Shown here: positions 1-9,690 of the stretch, piece by piece
Position numbering within the stretch: position 1 is the stretch's first letter
Layout: every line of letters begins with the position of its first letter
DNA from: a virus
Virus record (IMG/VR): IMGVR_UViG_3300036399_001951
Span: 72,740-136,739 of that record
Strand: one strand, 5' to 3'
DNA length: 64,000 nucleotides
Made by a program: the position numbers and the translations under genes
The notes under the pieces: generated by a model
The model's database searches: none
Told to the model about the DNA's origin: nothing
Seen by the model: only the letters and a program-made list of their open reading frames with translations

Positions 1-21
1 GCATCTTCTCAAAATCCTCCA

Positions 22-243
22 ATGATAAGCAGAGGGGACGCTAATTCTTCAACAGTAAATAATATCACTAGTCAAAATGAAGGAGATCAGACTGCGGGTA
101 ATGTGACTAATAATACAGATAATTCAATGTCAAAGACTCCAATTATTCAAAACAATATCGATATGTCTGAGATGATTAGTCGACTTAAAAGAATTGAGGA
201 GGCCCTATTGAGTCCACTAGAAGTTAAAATAATAGACGCATAA
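22..243 (+). CDS. C-terminal part of a hypothetical protein (probably begins before the window; possible tail/tape-measure-like C-terminus)
   Basis: N/T-rich ORF at the window edge ending RLKRIEEALLSPLEVKIIDA. Confidence 0.5.
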   Translation: MISRGDANSSTVNNITSQNEGDQTAGNVTNNTDNSMSKTPIIQNNIDMSEMISRLKRIEEALLSPLEVKIIDA

Positions 244-244
244 T

Positions 245-493
245 ATGAATATAAAACCCGAGCTAATTAGCGAGATGATCCGTTTAAGTAATGAATATAA
301 TCACCTTCATTCTCAAATGATGGAATTAGAAACAGAACTTATAAATTTATCTAATAAGAGAGAAATTTTAAGTTCTAAGTTAAATGATTGTCGATCCCTT
401 GAAAAAGTATTGATAAATAAGATTGAGAAGGATACCAAGCAAACGGTAACCGCTGATCTTTTAAATAATATATTATTAAATGAAAAATCTTAG
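245..493 (+). CDS. hypothetical coiled-coil protein
   Basis: 82-aa ORF with heptad-like Leu/Glu pattern, tightly packed with neighbours. Confidence 0.65.
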   Translation: MNIKPELISEMIRLSNEYNHLHSQMMELETELINLSNKREILSSKLNDCRSLEKVLINKIEKDTKQTVTADLLNNILLNEKS

Positions 494-1271
494 AGAAAAC
501 TTAACTTTCATTATTATCCTAGTCCTAGTCGCTGTGATTCTATGGATGAGATGGGAAAATCAATTAGCTCAAAAGAAGCTAATGGAAGAAGTCAATTCAG
601 CGAATCGAGAACTGGTAAAATTAGATAAGCTAAAAAAAGAATCAGACGGGCAATATGCAAAACTGGTTAATTATTTTAGTTCTCAACGAGAATTAAATCA
701 ACAGCTAGCTGAAGATAATAAAGATCTTAGTAAATTATTAAAAAAGCAGGATGAAAGACTACTAATGATTAACAAATCTATTATTTCATTAGAAGGAGCA
801 GTATCTGAAGGTGGAGTCACAGTTGATCCTAAAGATACTTCAATTATCAATCTTTCCCTAAAATATCCGAGCTCGGAAGAGGCATTTATAAATTGGAATG
901 GTAAGATATTTTCAAAAACCAAATCTTATCTTGGAGAATGGTCATTCGGTAAATTACCTTTACAAATCATATTAACTGAAACTAGCAGAGGATTATGGAA
1001 TTCTAGATTAATTGGACCTAGTTGGTTGAAGGTAGATAGTATGCAAATTAACAGTCTACCACCTGATAAAATAGTTTCCGTTGAATATCAAAAAGTAGGA
1101 TTCCTATTAGGAGGAGGATATTTTAAGTCGTTCTCTCAATCTCAAACCGATGCTTTCTCTATTACTGGCGGGGCTTATATTAAAAATCATAATCTATTAG
1201 TGAATTTAACTAGCATAGGTCAAGTTGGAGTAAGCTATGTATATAGATTTAATGCTAAAAAGAAAAAATAA
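480..1271 (+). CDS. membrane-anchored coiled-coil protein with beta-rich C-terminus (spanin-like candidate)
   Basis: N-terminal TM (LTFIIILVLVAVILW), long coiled coil, C-terminal alternating Gly/aromatic strands ending VGVSYVYRF. Confidence 0.5.
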   Translation: MKNLRENLTFIIILVLVAVILWMRWENQLAQKKLMEEVNSANRELVKLDKLKKESDGQYAKLVNYFSSQRELNQQLAEDNKDLSKLLKKQDERLLMINKSIISLEGAVSEGGVTVDPKDTSIINLSLKYPSSEEAFINWNGKIFSKTKSYLGEWSFGKLPLQIILTETSRGLWNSRLIGPSWLKVDSMQINSLPPDKIVSVEYQKVGFLLGGGYFKSFSQSQTDAFSITGGAYIKNHNLLVNLTSIGQVGVSYVYRFNAKKKK

Positions 1272-1273
1272 AA

Positions 1274-3307
1274 ATGACTCAAAGTAGATTTGTAAATATA
1301 TCGACATATTGTATTGCAGAATATATGTTTGAGCCCTTAAGCTCAACTAATTTTCTAAGCGAAGATTTTATATTATTAGAAAACGAAACTCTAGATATTA
1401 ATCAAATTATAAACACCGATGCTGCCTTAAATACTACTAGAAACGTAAAGGATTTATCAGTGGTACCGATAGGAAATAATAAGTTTGCATACTTAGATTC
1501 TGAAAAGATACCTGACTATTTATCATATGATACTAATATTGTTCAAACTAATGTAAATGGATATTCTATTCCATATGATAAGGTAAGATTTCACTTCATA
1601 TCTGGATTTACTCCAACTCAATTCGAGGGACTGATCTTAAGTATCCGACACCTTCAAAACAATGCAAAGACTAATGTTTTTGCAAATATAATTTTAACTA
1701 GAGAAACATTTGACGATCTAATAACATTTAATCCTAAGCCTCTATTTTTAGCAAATTCAACATACGATAGGTATGTGGATATTAAAATACCTTCAATTAA
1801 AAATATTAATGAAGATTATAAAACGGCTCTTAATCAGGCTAATACGTTTGCAGCTAAAATAACGCCATCGCCTAGTGGAGGATATAGTGGATTTGTTTAC
1901 AATAATCAGATTACTGTAAACCTGTCTGAATGTCGTAGAAGGTCTGTTATAAACACTAATGTCGGAACAACATACGATATATTTGAAGTTAGTGATAGCT
2001 TTGATGCTTCATTATCTCAAAGTAATGAATTTGACTCAGTGGGAGCATATGTTGGAGAATCTACAAATGGAGATTTTATTGAGTATTATTTAACATACGA
2101 AGGAGGATTTCCAGAGGATCTAATTGCTATTTTAAACCGAAGAAATCCGTCTAATGATTGGATTGTAATTCACCAACTTAGTATTTTTGAGCAATTAGGA
2201 AGCTCATTTGTAAATACAGGCAGACAGGTAATATTCCAAGAGGATAAATTTGATGAACCACTTGTTATTAGACCAGTATTGAGAAATGCAGGCCATGCAG
2301 TGAGTATGGCAATCGATCTAGTATGTAGATTAACTAATAGATTAAATGGGGAGCAGATAATTAGAGAGGCCTCATTTACTCTGCTTTCTCCTAAAAAATA
2401 CGGAAGAAATCTAACGGTCATTCCATTAACAGACGAGCCGCAAAGTCAAAAAATATACAACAAAATAATAAAAGCTAATTTTGAAGCTAGTAACTTATTT
2501 ATTGAGCCTTCATTTGCCCCTGGATTTGGAGTTACTCCAACTCAAGAAGAGGCCCCTGCTCAAAAATCAGTAGAGTATATTCCAATATTCTTTAGCAATA
2601 ATAACATATCTGCATCTAATTCTAATGGACTTTTACAGACTTCAGATACTGCAGATGAGGTTATATTTGGACCAGGACAATTAAGATTTATTGTTTCTCC
2701 ATTTGATAACGCAATCAAAATTAAACTATACAACGTAATCAATGAGGTTGCGATTCCATTAGATTTAAATTTAAATAATTCTAGATTTCAATTAGTCTTT
2801 GATTTAGATACTGGCAAGGTACCAATTTCTAATACAAACAGTGCAACTGAGGAGAACCTATCAACTGGTGAAATAATGTTTAAAATCTCTAAGGCTGATA
2901 GCCAAAAGATTGTAGAATCATCAAATAGATCAGTTTATATAACTTCAATTGCTCAAAACGGAACTGAAAGCTTAATGTATTCTGGAGAATGGAGATTATC
3001 ATCTGAGCAGTCTGAAATAGATGACCTTGTGAAGTCTATAAGAGGAGAAGTGACTAAACGAATTAGTGATGCTGAGCGAATTATAGAATTAGAAGAAGAA
3101 GTAGAAGAATTGAGGAAACAGATACTTAACTCCGCCGTAAAAGGAGCTAGAGATGCGATCAGGGGATCGATTAAACTAAAAGCAGTTGCTCCAACTGTAA
3201 ATAGAGTATTTACTAAAAATCCAACCGCAATAAAAACAAACGCTGGGAATTTAGATGATTTAGGATCCAATAGAAGAAAATTCGATCCATTCGATAGAAG
3301 AAAATAA
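1274..3307 (+). CDS. large hypothetical, probably virion structural protein
   Basis: 677-aa beta-rich N/S/T-rich ORF with C-terminal coiled coil, in the late region. Confidence 0.6.
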   Translation: MTQSRFVNISTYCIAEYMFEPLSSTNFLSEDFILLENETLDINQIINTDAALNTTRNVKDLSVVPIGNNKFAYLDSEKIPDYLSYDTNIVQTNVNGYSIPYDKVRFHFISGFTPTQFEGLILSIRHLQNNAKTNVFANIILTRETFDDLITFNPKPLFLANSTYDRYVDIKIPSIKNINEDYKTALNQANTFAAKITPSPSGGYSGFVYNNQITVNLSECRRRSVINTNVGTTYDIFEVSDSFDASLSQSNEFDSVGAYVGESTNGDFIEYYLTYEGGFPEDLIAILNRRNPSNDWIVIHQLSIFEQLGSSFVNTGRQVIFQEDKFDEPLVIRPVLRNAGHAVSMAIDLVCRLTNRLNGEQIIREASFTLLSPKKYGRNLTVIPLTDEPQSQKIYNKIIKANFEASNLFIEPSFAPGFGVTPTQEEAPAQKSVEYIPIFFSNNNISASNSNGLLQTSDTADEVIFGPGQLRFIVSPFDNAIKIKLYNVINEVAIPLDLNLNNSRFQLVFDLDTGKVPISNTNSATEENLSTGEIMFKISKADSQKIVESSNRSVYITSIAQNGTESLMYSGEWRLSSEQSEIDDLVKSIRGEVTKRISDAERIIELEEEVEELRKQILNSAVKGARDAIRGSIKLKAVAPTVNRVFTKNPTAIKTNAGNLDDLGSNRRKFDPFDRRK

Positions 3308-3330
3308 TTACTTTTTCAATTTAAATGAAG

Positions 3331-3337
3331 ATAAATA
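3331..3337 (+). promoter_or_regulatory. T4-late-like promoter ATAAATA (representative copy)
   Basis: ATAAATA about 20-30 nt before ATG. Also at ~7062, 10573, 16382, 19708, 26340, 29939, 44029, 57114 (+) and ~10562, 23211, 25885, 27717, 29316, 32941, 35429, 36977, 38578, 39255, 41902 (-). Resembles T4 gp55 TATAAATA. Confidence 0.7.
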
Positions 3338-3359
3338 AATTAAAATAATTAGCATAGAA

Positions 3360-5378
3360 ATGAAAGATTTCGTAAATAGTGTGTTACACGAATTGCAAAC
3401 TAATCCGGAAGTTAACTCAAATCAATTAATCGGACTTGTTATAGAATCTGCAAATAAATCTATCCAAACCGGAGAAAGATATGAAGTGATATATGAACAG
3501 GTAAAAAGAGGACTAATTGAAGTTAATAAACATGTTAAGAGTAACTCAGTTAAAAATATATTAGATCAATTTAGAAAAATAGATTTTAAACCAGAATCTA
3601 AATTAAAAGAATTTGCTAAAATAGCTAACTTAGGAGGAAAATTAAAAGGGATTAAGGAATCTACCGCGTATTCTCATCCAATGATTGCATATAAAGTAGA
3701 TGAATATTTAAGTCGAATTAATTCTGGAACTCCGGAATTTACTCTATATCCTTCTTTCATTCAAGATTTTAAACAGCATTCTGTTGAATCTTCTGTTGCC
3801 AATGCAGTTAAATCAGTAAGTAAAATAGTAGAATCAAACTTAGCAGATTTTGAGATGCTAAACACGATCCAATTAATGGAATCTTACAATTCATCAGGTA
3901 TGTATGCTAACATTATTCCAGACCTTACTGATATGTTGTTGGAGAATACTTACACATCAGATATTATTAACTTTAAGTATGGGCAAACTGGATTACCTAT
4001 GATAACGGGTCTAGTTAATTCTCTTAAGTTGATAGAGTCTAAATTAGATGATACTTTTAATTTGGGAATTGGCGATTCTACTACTACTGTTAGAAATGCA
4101 ATTGCTCCTGCTATTAAAAGTAGTAAGACATCGGTTTTAACTTATATGGACAATAGATTCATTAGAGTTACTGAATCAAACAATTTAGATGGTAGTGAAG
4201 TTGAAGTATTCGTTAAAAAAGGAGGATATAGTATTTCTGAAATTGATCCTAATTGGGTTAAAGAAAATCATTCAGATTTCTATTCTTTTTGCGAATCTTT
4301 TGCATATTTAGGATTCAAAGAAATGGGTCTATATGAAGGTATTGAAACTTCTTCTATTAGAGGATTTAAATTAGGCCTTGTTCCAAATCAAAATAAAGAA
4401 TTGGATTTATATTTAAATGAATCAAAGGTTCAAAACGTTCATAATATTAATTTAACTGAGGCTCTTGCCCTAGTTGATGATCGAACTAAGAGAGCAGTTA
4501 AAACAGTATTTGAAAATATCAGATCAGTATTTAATTTTGAATTTATCAAGAATATCAAGAATGACATTACCTTAGCTGAATCTACCGTATTTAATTTAGG
4601 TAAAAACTATTTCTTGTGCCAAAAGCCAAATGTAGCTGAAAGAATTTGGGATCCAGTTGATGAGGCTAAATTATATGAACATTTTGCTACTAACTTTAAT
4701 TATGACATCAGCTCAATATTTAAAACTAAAGTTAATGAATCTTTTAAAAATAAAGAGGCAATTGAATTTAGAAAAAGAGAAATATTAGAAAGCGTTGAAA
4801 AATTAGAAGCAACTGTTAAAAAATTAGACGTTACCATTAATTCTGATGATGTTGACATCTCTGATATTTCTAGATTAGAAGAATTAAAAGAATCTATTGA
4901 AGGTACTATTGAATCCTTAAAATTAGAATATATTGATACTGATCTATTAAAAAGAAGAGTAAACGAAAAAAAGAAGATAGATCAAGACGGAGACGGAGAT
5001 AATGACTGGGATGACGTTAAGATTGCTAGAATGAAAGCATCAGCAGAGGCTGCTAAGTCTAAAAAAAAAAAGGAAAAAAAGTTAAATGAAGAAGCTGAGG
5101 GATTTGGCCTATCTAGCGAAGGTCAAGTAACTGGCTCAACTCAAGTGTACTATCTATCAGGAACCGAAGTTCCTATGGGAGATAAAGCTAAACTTAAATT
5201 ATCTAAAGACGGATCTGGCTCACCTATGATGCACAGCGAAGGCGTTTATGTAGTTGAAATTATAGAAGCACTACCTGAATTTCCATTTGGACCTGGAGAA
5301 GCATGGATCCACCAGGCAAAGAAGGTAGACGGAGACAACAAATGGTATTTAACGAGCAGCGAAGGAGCTGGAGAATAA
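3360..5378 (+). CDS. probable head/prohead core-associated protein
   Basis: late promoter; many (I/L/V)xE sites (VIES, IKES, VNES, LNEE); DQDGDGDNDWDD acidic loop; coiled coil. Confidence 0.5.
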   Translation: MKDFVNSVLHELQTNPEVNSNQLIGLVIESANKSIQTGERYEVIYEQVKRGLIEVNKHVKSNSVKNILDQFRKIDFKPESKLKEFAKIANLGGKLKGIKESTAYSHPMIAYKVDEYLSRINSGTPEFTLYPSFIQDFKQHSVESSVANAVKSVSKIVESNLADFEMLNTIQLMESYNSSGMYANIIPDLTDMLLENTYTSDIINFKYGQTGLPMITGLVNSLKLIESKLDDTFNLGIGDSTTTVRNAIAPAIKSSKTSVLTYMDNRFIRVTESNNLDGSEVEVFVKKGGYSISEIDPNWVKENHSDFYSFCESFAYLGFKEMGLYEGIETSSIRGFKLGLVPNQNKELDLYLNESKVQNVHNINLTEALALVDDRTKRAVKTVFENIRSVFNFEFIKNIKNDITLAESTVFNLGKNYFLCQKPNVAERIWDPVDEAKLYEHFATNFNYDISSIFKTKVNESFKNKEAIEFRKREILESVEKLEATVKKLDVTINSDDVDISDISRLEELKESIEGTIESLKLEYIDTDLLKRRVNEKKKIDQDGDGDNDWDDVKIARMKASAEAAKSKKKKEKKLNEEAEGFGLSSEGQVTGSTQVYYLSGTEVPMGDKAKLKLSKDGSGSPMMHSEGVYVVEIIEALPEFPFGPGEAWIHQAKKVDGDNKWYLTSSEGAGE

Positions 5379-5399
5379 TTAACATTCACATACATTACT

Positions 5400-5429
5400 A
5401 AAGGGCAAATATTTTATTTGCCCTTTTTT
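5400..5429 (+). terminator. intrinsic terminator
   Basis: AAAGGGCAAAT-loop-ATTTGCCCTTTTTT hairpin with U-tract after the stop codon. Confidence 0.8.
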
Positions 5430-5483
5430 ATTTTAATTTAAATCTTAGTATATTTAATTTAGTATAATAGAATAAAATTAGAT

Positions 5484-5768
5484 ATGTCAGAAAAAGAACA
5501 AGAGGAGAGTCTATGTCAAAGAGCACATCGCATCGTATTTGACCGAACAGAAGAAACAGATCGAATGTATGGCCCTTTCTCAGAAGGAATGGATAGAGCT
5601 GCTGCAATATTCACCGCAAGTACCGGAATTAAAATAGAAGGTAGACACATGTATTTAGCAATGGTTGCCCTTAAATTATCTAGAGAAAGCTATAATCACA
5701 AATCTGATAATTTATTAGACGCAATAGCATATTTACAAGGATTAGAAAATTATGAAAATAAAAAATAA
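5484..5768 (+). CDS. DUF6378-like small helical protein (putative nucleotide pyrophosphatase-fold)
   Basis: motifs R..YG.F, MVALKLSR, H.DNLLD.IAY typical of this phage family. Confidence 0.6.
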   Translation: MSEKEQEESLCQRAHRIVFDRTEETDRMYGPFSEGMDRAAAIFTASTGIKIEGRHMYLAMVALKLSRESYNHKSDNLLDAIAYLQGLENYENKK

Positions 5769-6779
5769 ATGAAGAGAGTAGCTATAACCTCAGTATTTGC
5801 CAATCTTACCTATAATGATAAAAATCATAGAGGGCTCGAGGCAATGTTTTTTAAAAAAATGATGGAGGAGAATGGGGCCCATGTTGATTGTGTTGGATAT
5901 AAAAACCGTAATGTTCAAGACCTTGACTTTTACATTGATTATAATGATACTGATTTTTCTGAATACGGAGCAGTTATACTTCAATTAAGTACTGCTAATT
6001 TTTTCGGTGGACAGATGGGAGAACATTGCGAAAAGATATGTAATGATCTTGCTAAATATACCGGAAAGATTTATATGCTAGTAAATGATCCTAGAATTCC
6101 TCCTATGAATTATGCTAAAGTGATTAGCGAAAGATTTAATCTATGCAATGATTCAGTTGAGGCATGGGATAAAATTATCGAAAATGCAACCTATCTTTTT
6201 TCAGGTAAAGATGTATCTAAGTATCTAGGGTGGAATCCTAAGAATTGGAAGCAATTGGATTGGTTTACTTATATATTCAAGCATCGATTCACTCAGGATG
6301 ATTCTATTGATCTCTGGGAATCTTCTAATCAAGATTCAGATAAAGAATGGGATCTTGTCTATTATGGAGATAAAAGAGGATCCTTTAGAGAAAATCAAAT
6401 TAGAAAATATTTTCCATCTGATACCAATAATTTATTAATTGGATATAAATCAGATAAAGTTCCGGCTACATTCATGAAGAAGCTGCAACACTCCGACCTA
6501 ATGAAAGAATTAGACAAAGTAAAAGTATCCCTAATAACTGGCGATGAGGAACATCTTAATAATGTCACTACTTATAGATTTTATGAGACCCTTGCCTCTA
6601 ATTGTCTGGCTGCGATTCAAATTGAATATGATCCAGAAAAAAGACTAATTCAAGACCCAGTTTTAAGAGATCTATTATATGTTAAGAATCAAAAAGACAT
6701 TAAGAAACTAATTGATGCATGGTCTCCTGAATTAATTAATAGACAAAAAGCAGAACTTAGAAGAATTTTTAATATATAA
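5769..6779 (+). CDS. bgt: T4-like DNA beta-glucosyltransferase
   Basis: LSTANFFGG and KYTGKIYMLVNDPRIP match T4 BGT NSSINFFGG and KYKSKIYYLFTDIRLP; DLVYYG...FR and T.RFYETLAS in the GT-B C-domain; similar length. Confidence 0.8.
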   Translation: MKRVAITSVFANLTYNDKNHRGLEAMFFKKMMEENGAHVDCVGYKNRNVQDLDFYIDYNDTDFSEYGAVILQLSTANFFGGQMGEHCEKICNDLAKYTGKIYMLVNDPRIPPMNYAKVISERFNLCNDSVEAWDKIIENATYLFSGKDVSKYLGWNPKNWKQLDWFTYIFKHRFTQDDSIDLWESSNQDSDKEWDLVYYGDKRGSFRENQIRKYFPSDTNNLLIGYKSDKVPATFMKKLQHSDLMKELDKVKVSLITGDEEHLNNVTTYRFYETLASNCLAAIQIEYDPEKRLIQDPVLRDLLYVKNQKDIKKLIDAWSPELINRQKAELRRIFNI

Positions 6780-6852
6780 CAATAATAAATAACTGAGATG
6801 AAGATAAAAATTAATCCATCTGGTTCTCCGCCACATAGCTTCTTGTTAAGTT

Positions 6853-7047
6853 ATGAAAATGCGAGAGCATCGTTGGCTTTGGAGAGTCAACTGGGTCCAT
6901 CTTAATGGATACCAAGCCCCAACTAGGACGGTTGAGGCTAAAACCAGAAAGGAAGCAATGAAACTTGCTAAAGAATCTTCTAGACTTGCGGATTTTCCGA
7001 AGAGCTGGAGATTCATCCTAACTAAACTATGGAAAGGGGACGAATAG
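6853..7047 (+). CDS. hypothetical protein
   Basis: 64-aa ORF with VEAKTRKEA motif common in small phage proteins, ends in a terminator. Confidence 0.5.
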   Translation: MKMREHRWLWRVNWVHLNGYQAPTRTVEAKTRKEAMKLAKESSRLADFPKSWRFILTKLWKGDE

Positions 7048-7059
7048 TCCCCTTTTTTT
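7033..7059 (+). terminator. intrinsic terminator
   Basis: AAAGGGGAC-GAATA-GTCCCCTTTTTTT. Confidence 0.75.
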
Positions 7060-7089
7060 AGATAAATAATAAAAATACTGTTTGTTCAA

Positions 7090-9042
7090 ATGCGTCATAT
7101 ACAGCCTTATGCAAATGATTTTATATTCGAATCAAATAATTTAGATAAATATTTTCCGGGCTTACCTGCTCTATTATATAGAGCGTCCAATGTTGATATA
7201 ATATTAGAAGAGGGTAGAAATTTAAATCATATTGAATCCGTTATTCCAGAAGATATTCTACTTGAAGCTGAATTAAATATGCTTCTTCATGAAGGATCAG
7301 CTGCAGTTACTAATTATCATAAAAATCTAGCGATTGGCAAAAACGTATTAGTTGAAAGCCTGGCTAATTCTATTCCGAAAGAGATAAAAGAAGCCTTTAA
7401 TAAATTACAAAGAGAATTTAAAAAACTAAATAAAAGTCAGGTAAATAAAATATTTGAAGAGGCTGAGGCTAAATTAAATGCATCAGGCATGGATATCCCA
7501 ACTGATTTTAAAGGAAAAGACGCGGCATTAAATGTATCCGGAATGGATATCCCAACTGATGCCGATGATGTTTCATCTGAATTCGAAAAAGATTTCCAAG
7601 ACGTCATGAAAGGCATTGAATCAAATCACGACTTTGCTGCTCAAGTTCAACCTGGAGAGAGACCTATATTATCTATTTTAAAAAATTTATGGAATGCATT
7701 AACAGAAGGTGGAAGTGCTATTGGAGTATTCCAATTTATATTAGATATAGTTGGCCTAGTAGGTAGCTTTTTTGAACCTATTGGAATGGTTGCTGATGCA
7801 ATCAACGCTATCATCTATATGGTTAGAGGAAAATGGATGCTTGCTATAATCTGTGTAATTGCTGCAATAATTCCATTAGGTGGAGATATTATTAAAGGAT
7901 TCTTTAAAGCAGGAACTAAGGCAGCTAAGCCGGTTATGGACATTGGCACCGTATACTTCTCAGCTGCAGGTAGAGCAACAGTCGGTTCAGCTACAATTTC
8001 TAAGGAAGTAGTTGAACTGGCGGCCAAAGCCTCTCCGGATAGTATTAAGGCTCTTAATTATATCGGAGCAAGTACAGGTCCTGCGGTTACTGGATTTATG
8101 AAATACGTAAAAGGTTTCTTTGATAAGTTTTTAGCATCAGTAGTTGGATGGATTCCTTTCATTGGTAAGCCGCTAAGGTCTTTCTTTGAAGGAATTGGAA
8201 ATATAATTGCTCAATTTGCAGGTAAGGCTACTAATTTTGCAAATGATATTCCTCAAATAACAGCACAGGCACAGGCTAAGGTGCTAGATGATTTCTTTGC
8301 TGCAACTGCAGTTCAAGGTGCGGAAATTACAGCAAAGGGAGATAAATTAGTTGTTAAGAATGCTAACGGAATCGTGGAGCTACCTGGAAATGTATTGAAG
8401 CATTCTGATATGTTGGCTAGCCGATATGGTAATCAACTATCTAACAATATATTAAAGCAGGTAGATAACAACGTTGCCGCTTTTTATACTTCAATGTCAA
8501 ATGTTATTGGAAAAACAAGTAGTCAATATGGAAACCTTCAGAGATTTGGTAGAGGGGCAGTTAATACCTTTGTATTTACTAAAAAATTGCCTCTATTCAT
8601 AGGTAAACAGGTTTTAAAATGGATTTCAGGAGATCCTACTCAGCAATTTACGGATTCCGAATATGAGGCATGGGGAACTGCTGCCTTAAGTGATATGGCT
8701 CGTCAAAGAAGAGATAGGAACTTGGAAGAAAACCCAGATGCGTTTTATGATGTTCCAGTATTCGATGGATTAGAGGACGATGAATTCACTAGAGTTGGAA
8801 CTAAAGTCTTAAATGACTATGCTGAGAAATTTAATCTTCCAAGCATAGGCATGGTTGGTTACTATACTCGTGGAGAAAAGGATAAATTACCAGAGGATGT
8901 AGAGAAATTCTACAATTCATGCTATGCTGATAGAGTAGGAAGTGGAATGTTACAGGATATGGAAAATTTTAGAGACGAAACTGGTATATTTGAATCTAAG
9001 CGTTCAGCTGGGATGAAGTATATTAAACCTTTTATTATTTAA
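7090..9042 (+). CDS. virion/ejection protein candidate with pre-toxin (PT-TG-like) hydrophobic segment
   Basis: late promoter; leader MRHIQPYANDFIFES; LDIVGLVG..PIG.VADAINAIIY..RGKW..A...IP.GGD. Confidence 0.55.
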   Translation: MRHIQPYANDFIFESNNLDKYFPGLPALLYRASNVDIILEEGRNLNHIESVIPEDILLEAELNMLLHEGSAAVTNYHKNLAIGKNVLVESLANSIPKEIKEAFNKLQREFKKLNKSQVNKIFEEAEAKLNASGMDIPTDFKGKDAALNVSGMDIPTDADDVSSEFEKDFQDVMKGIESNHDFAAQVQPGERPILSILKNLWNALTEGGSAIGVFQFILDIVGLVGSFFEPIGMVADAINAIIYMVRGKWMLAIICVIAAIIPLGGDIIKGFFKAGTKAAKPVMDIGTVYFSAAGRATVGSATISKEVVELAAKASPDSIKALNYIGASTGPAVTGFMKYVKGFFDKFLASVVGWIPFIGKPLRSFFEGIGNIIAQFAGKATNFANDIPQITAQAQAKVLDDFFAATAVQGAEITAKGDKLVVKNANGIVELPGNVLKHSDMLASRYGNQLSNNILKQVDNNVAAFYTSMSNVIGKTSSQYGNLQRFGRGAVNTFVFTKKLPLFIGKQVLKWISGDPTQQFTDSEYEAWGTAALSDMARQRRDRNLEENPDAFYDVPVFDGLEDDEFTRVGTKVLNDYAEKFNLPSIGMVGYYTRGEKDKLPEDVEKFYNSCYADRVGSGMLQDMENFRDETGIFESKRSAGMKYIKPFII

Positions 9043-9521
9043 CTAATTCGATCTAATATAATTAATTGTTCCCTGTGTATTAATTCATATGCCTTCATGA
9101 TAGGAACAAAGCCTGCCCAATCAATTTCATGTAATTGAAGTTGTTCTTTCGGAACTCGATCTTCAATCATACCTAATTGTCGAGGATCTTTAATATTTAG
9201 ATAGAAATATATTAATTGATGGCTTAGTCTATTTCCTTTATAAATATCAATTACATCAGGTGAAGGATTTAAATCTGATGCTTCTATGATTATACCTGTT
9301 TCTTCTCTAAGTTCCCTAACTGCGGCATCAATAGGTTCTTCTCCTTCTTCTATTTTTCCCTTAGGAATTCCAAGAGCACTCTTTCTCCAACTAGCTCCAG
9401 TTGGGTGAACTAATAATATCTTACCTTCCCAGGATATCGCAACCCCTGCGGTATTTCTTCTAGCTGGACCAAATGCCATGTCTAGAGAAGATGAGCTATA
9501 TTCATCAAATCCCTTTATCAT
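9039..9521 (-). CDS. NUDIX hydrolase
   Basis: Nudix box GKIEEGEEPIDAAVRELREETGI. Confidence 0.9.
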   Translation of the reverse strand: MIKGFDEYSSSSLDMAFGPARRNTAGVAISWEGKILLVHPTGASWRKSALGIPKGKIEEGEEPIDAAVRELREETGIIIEASDLNPSPDVIDIYKGNRLSHQLIYFYLNIKDPRQLGMIEDRVPKEQLQLHEIDWAGFVPIMKAYELIHREQLIILDRIS

Positions 9522-9690
9522 ATCTATTCTTGTATTTAGCTCGATTTATTTCTTCTCGTCTCTTAACTGACTTCTTTTTAAATGTTTTTCTCTCCTTAAG
9601 CTCTTTAATTGTGCTTAATTTATCAACCTTTTGTCGATATTCCTTTAGCGCATATTCAATTTTCTTATTACCAATTGGAATAACTATCAT
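9505..9690 (-). CDS. rpsU: ribosomal protein bS21 (Bacteroidota-type)
   Basis: 61 aa, basic; IEYALKEYRQKV...ELKERKTFKKKSVKRREEI matches the bS21 pattern ALK.F.RK...ELR.R..F.KPSV.RR. Confidence 0.85.
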   Translation of the reverse strand: MIVIPIGNKKIEYALKEYRQKVDKLSTIKELKERKTFKKKSVKRREEINRAKYKNRYDKGI

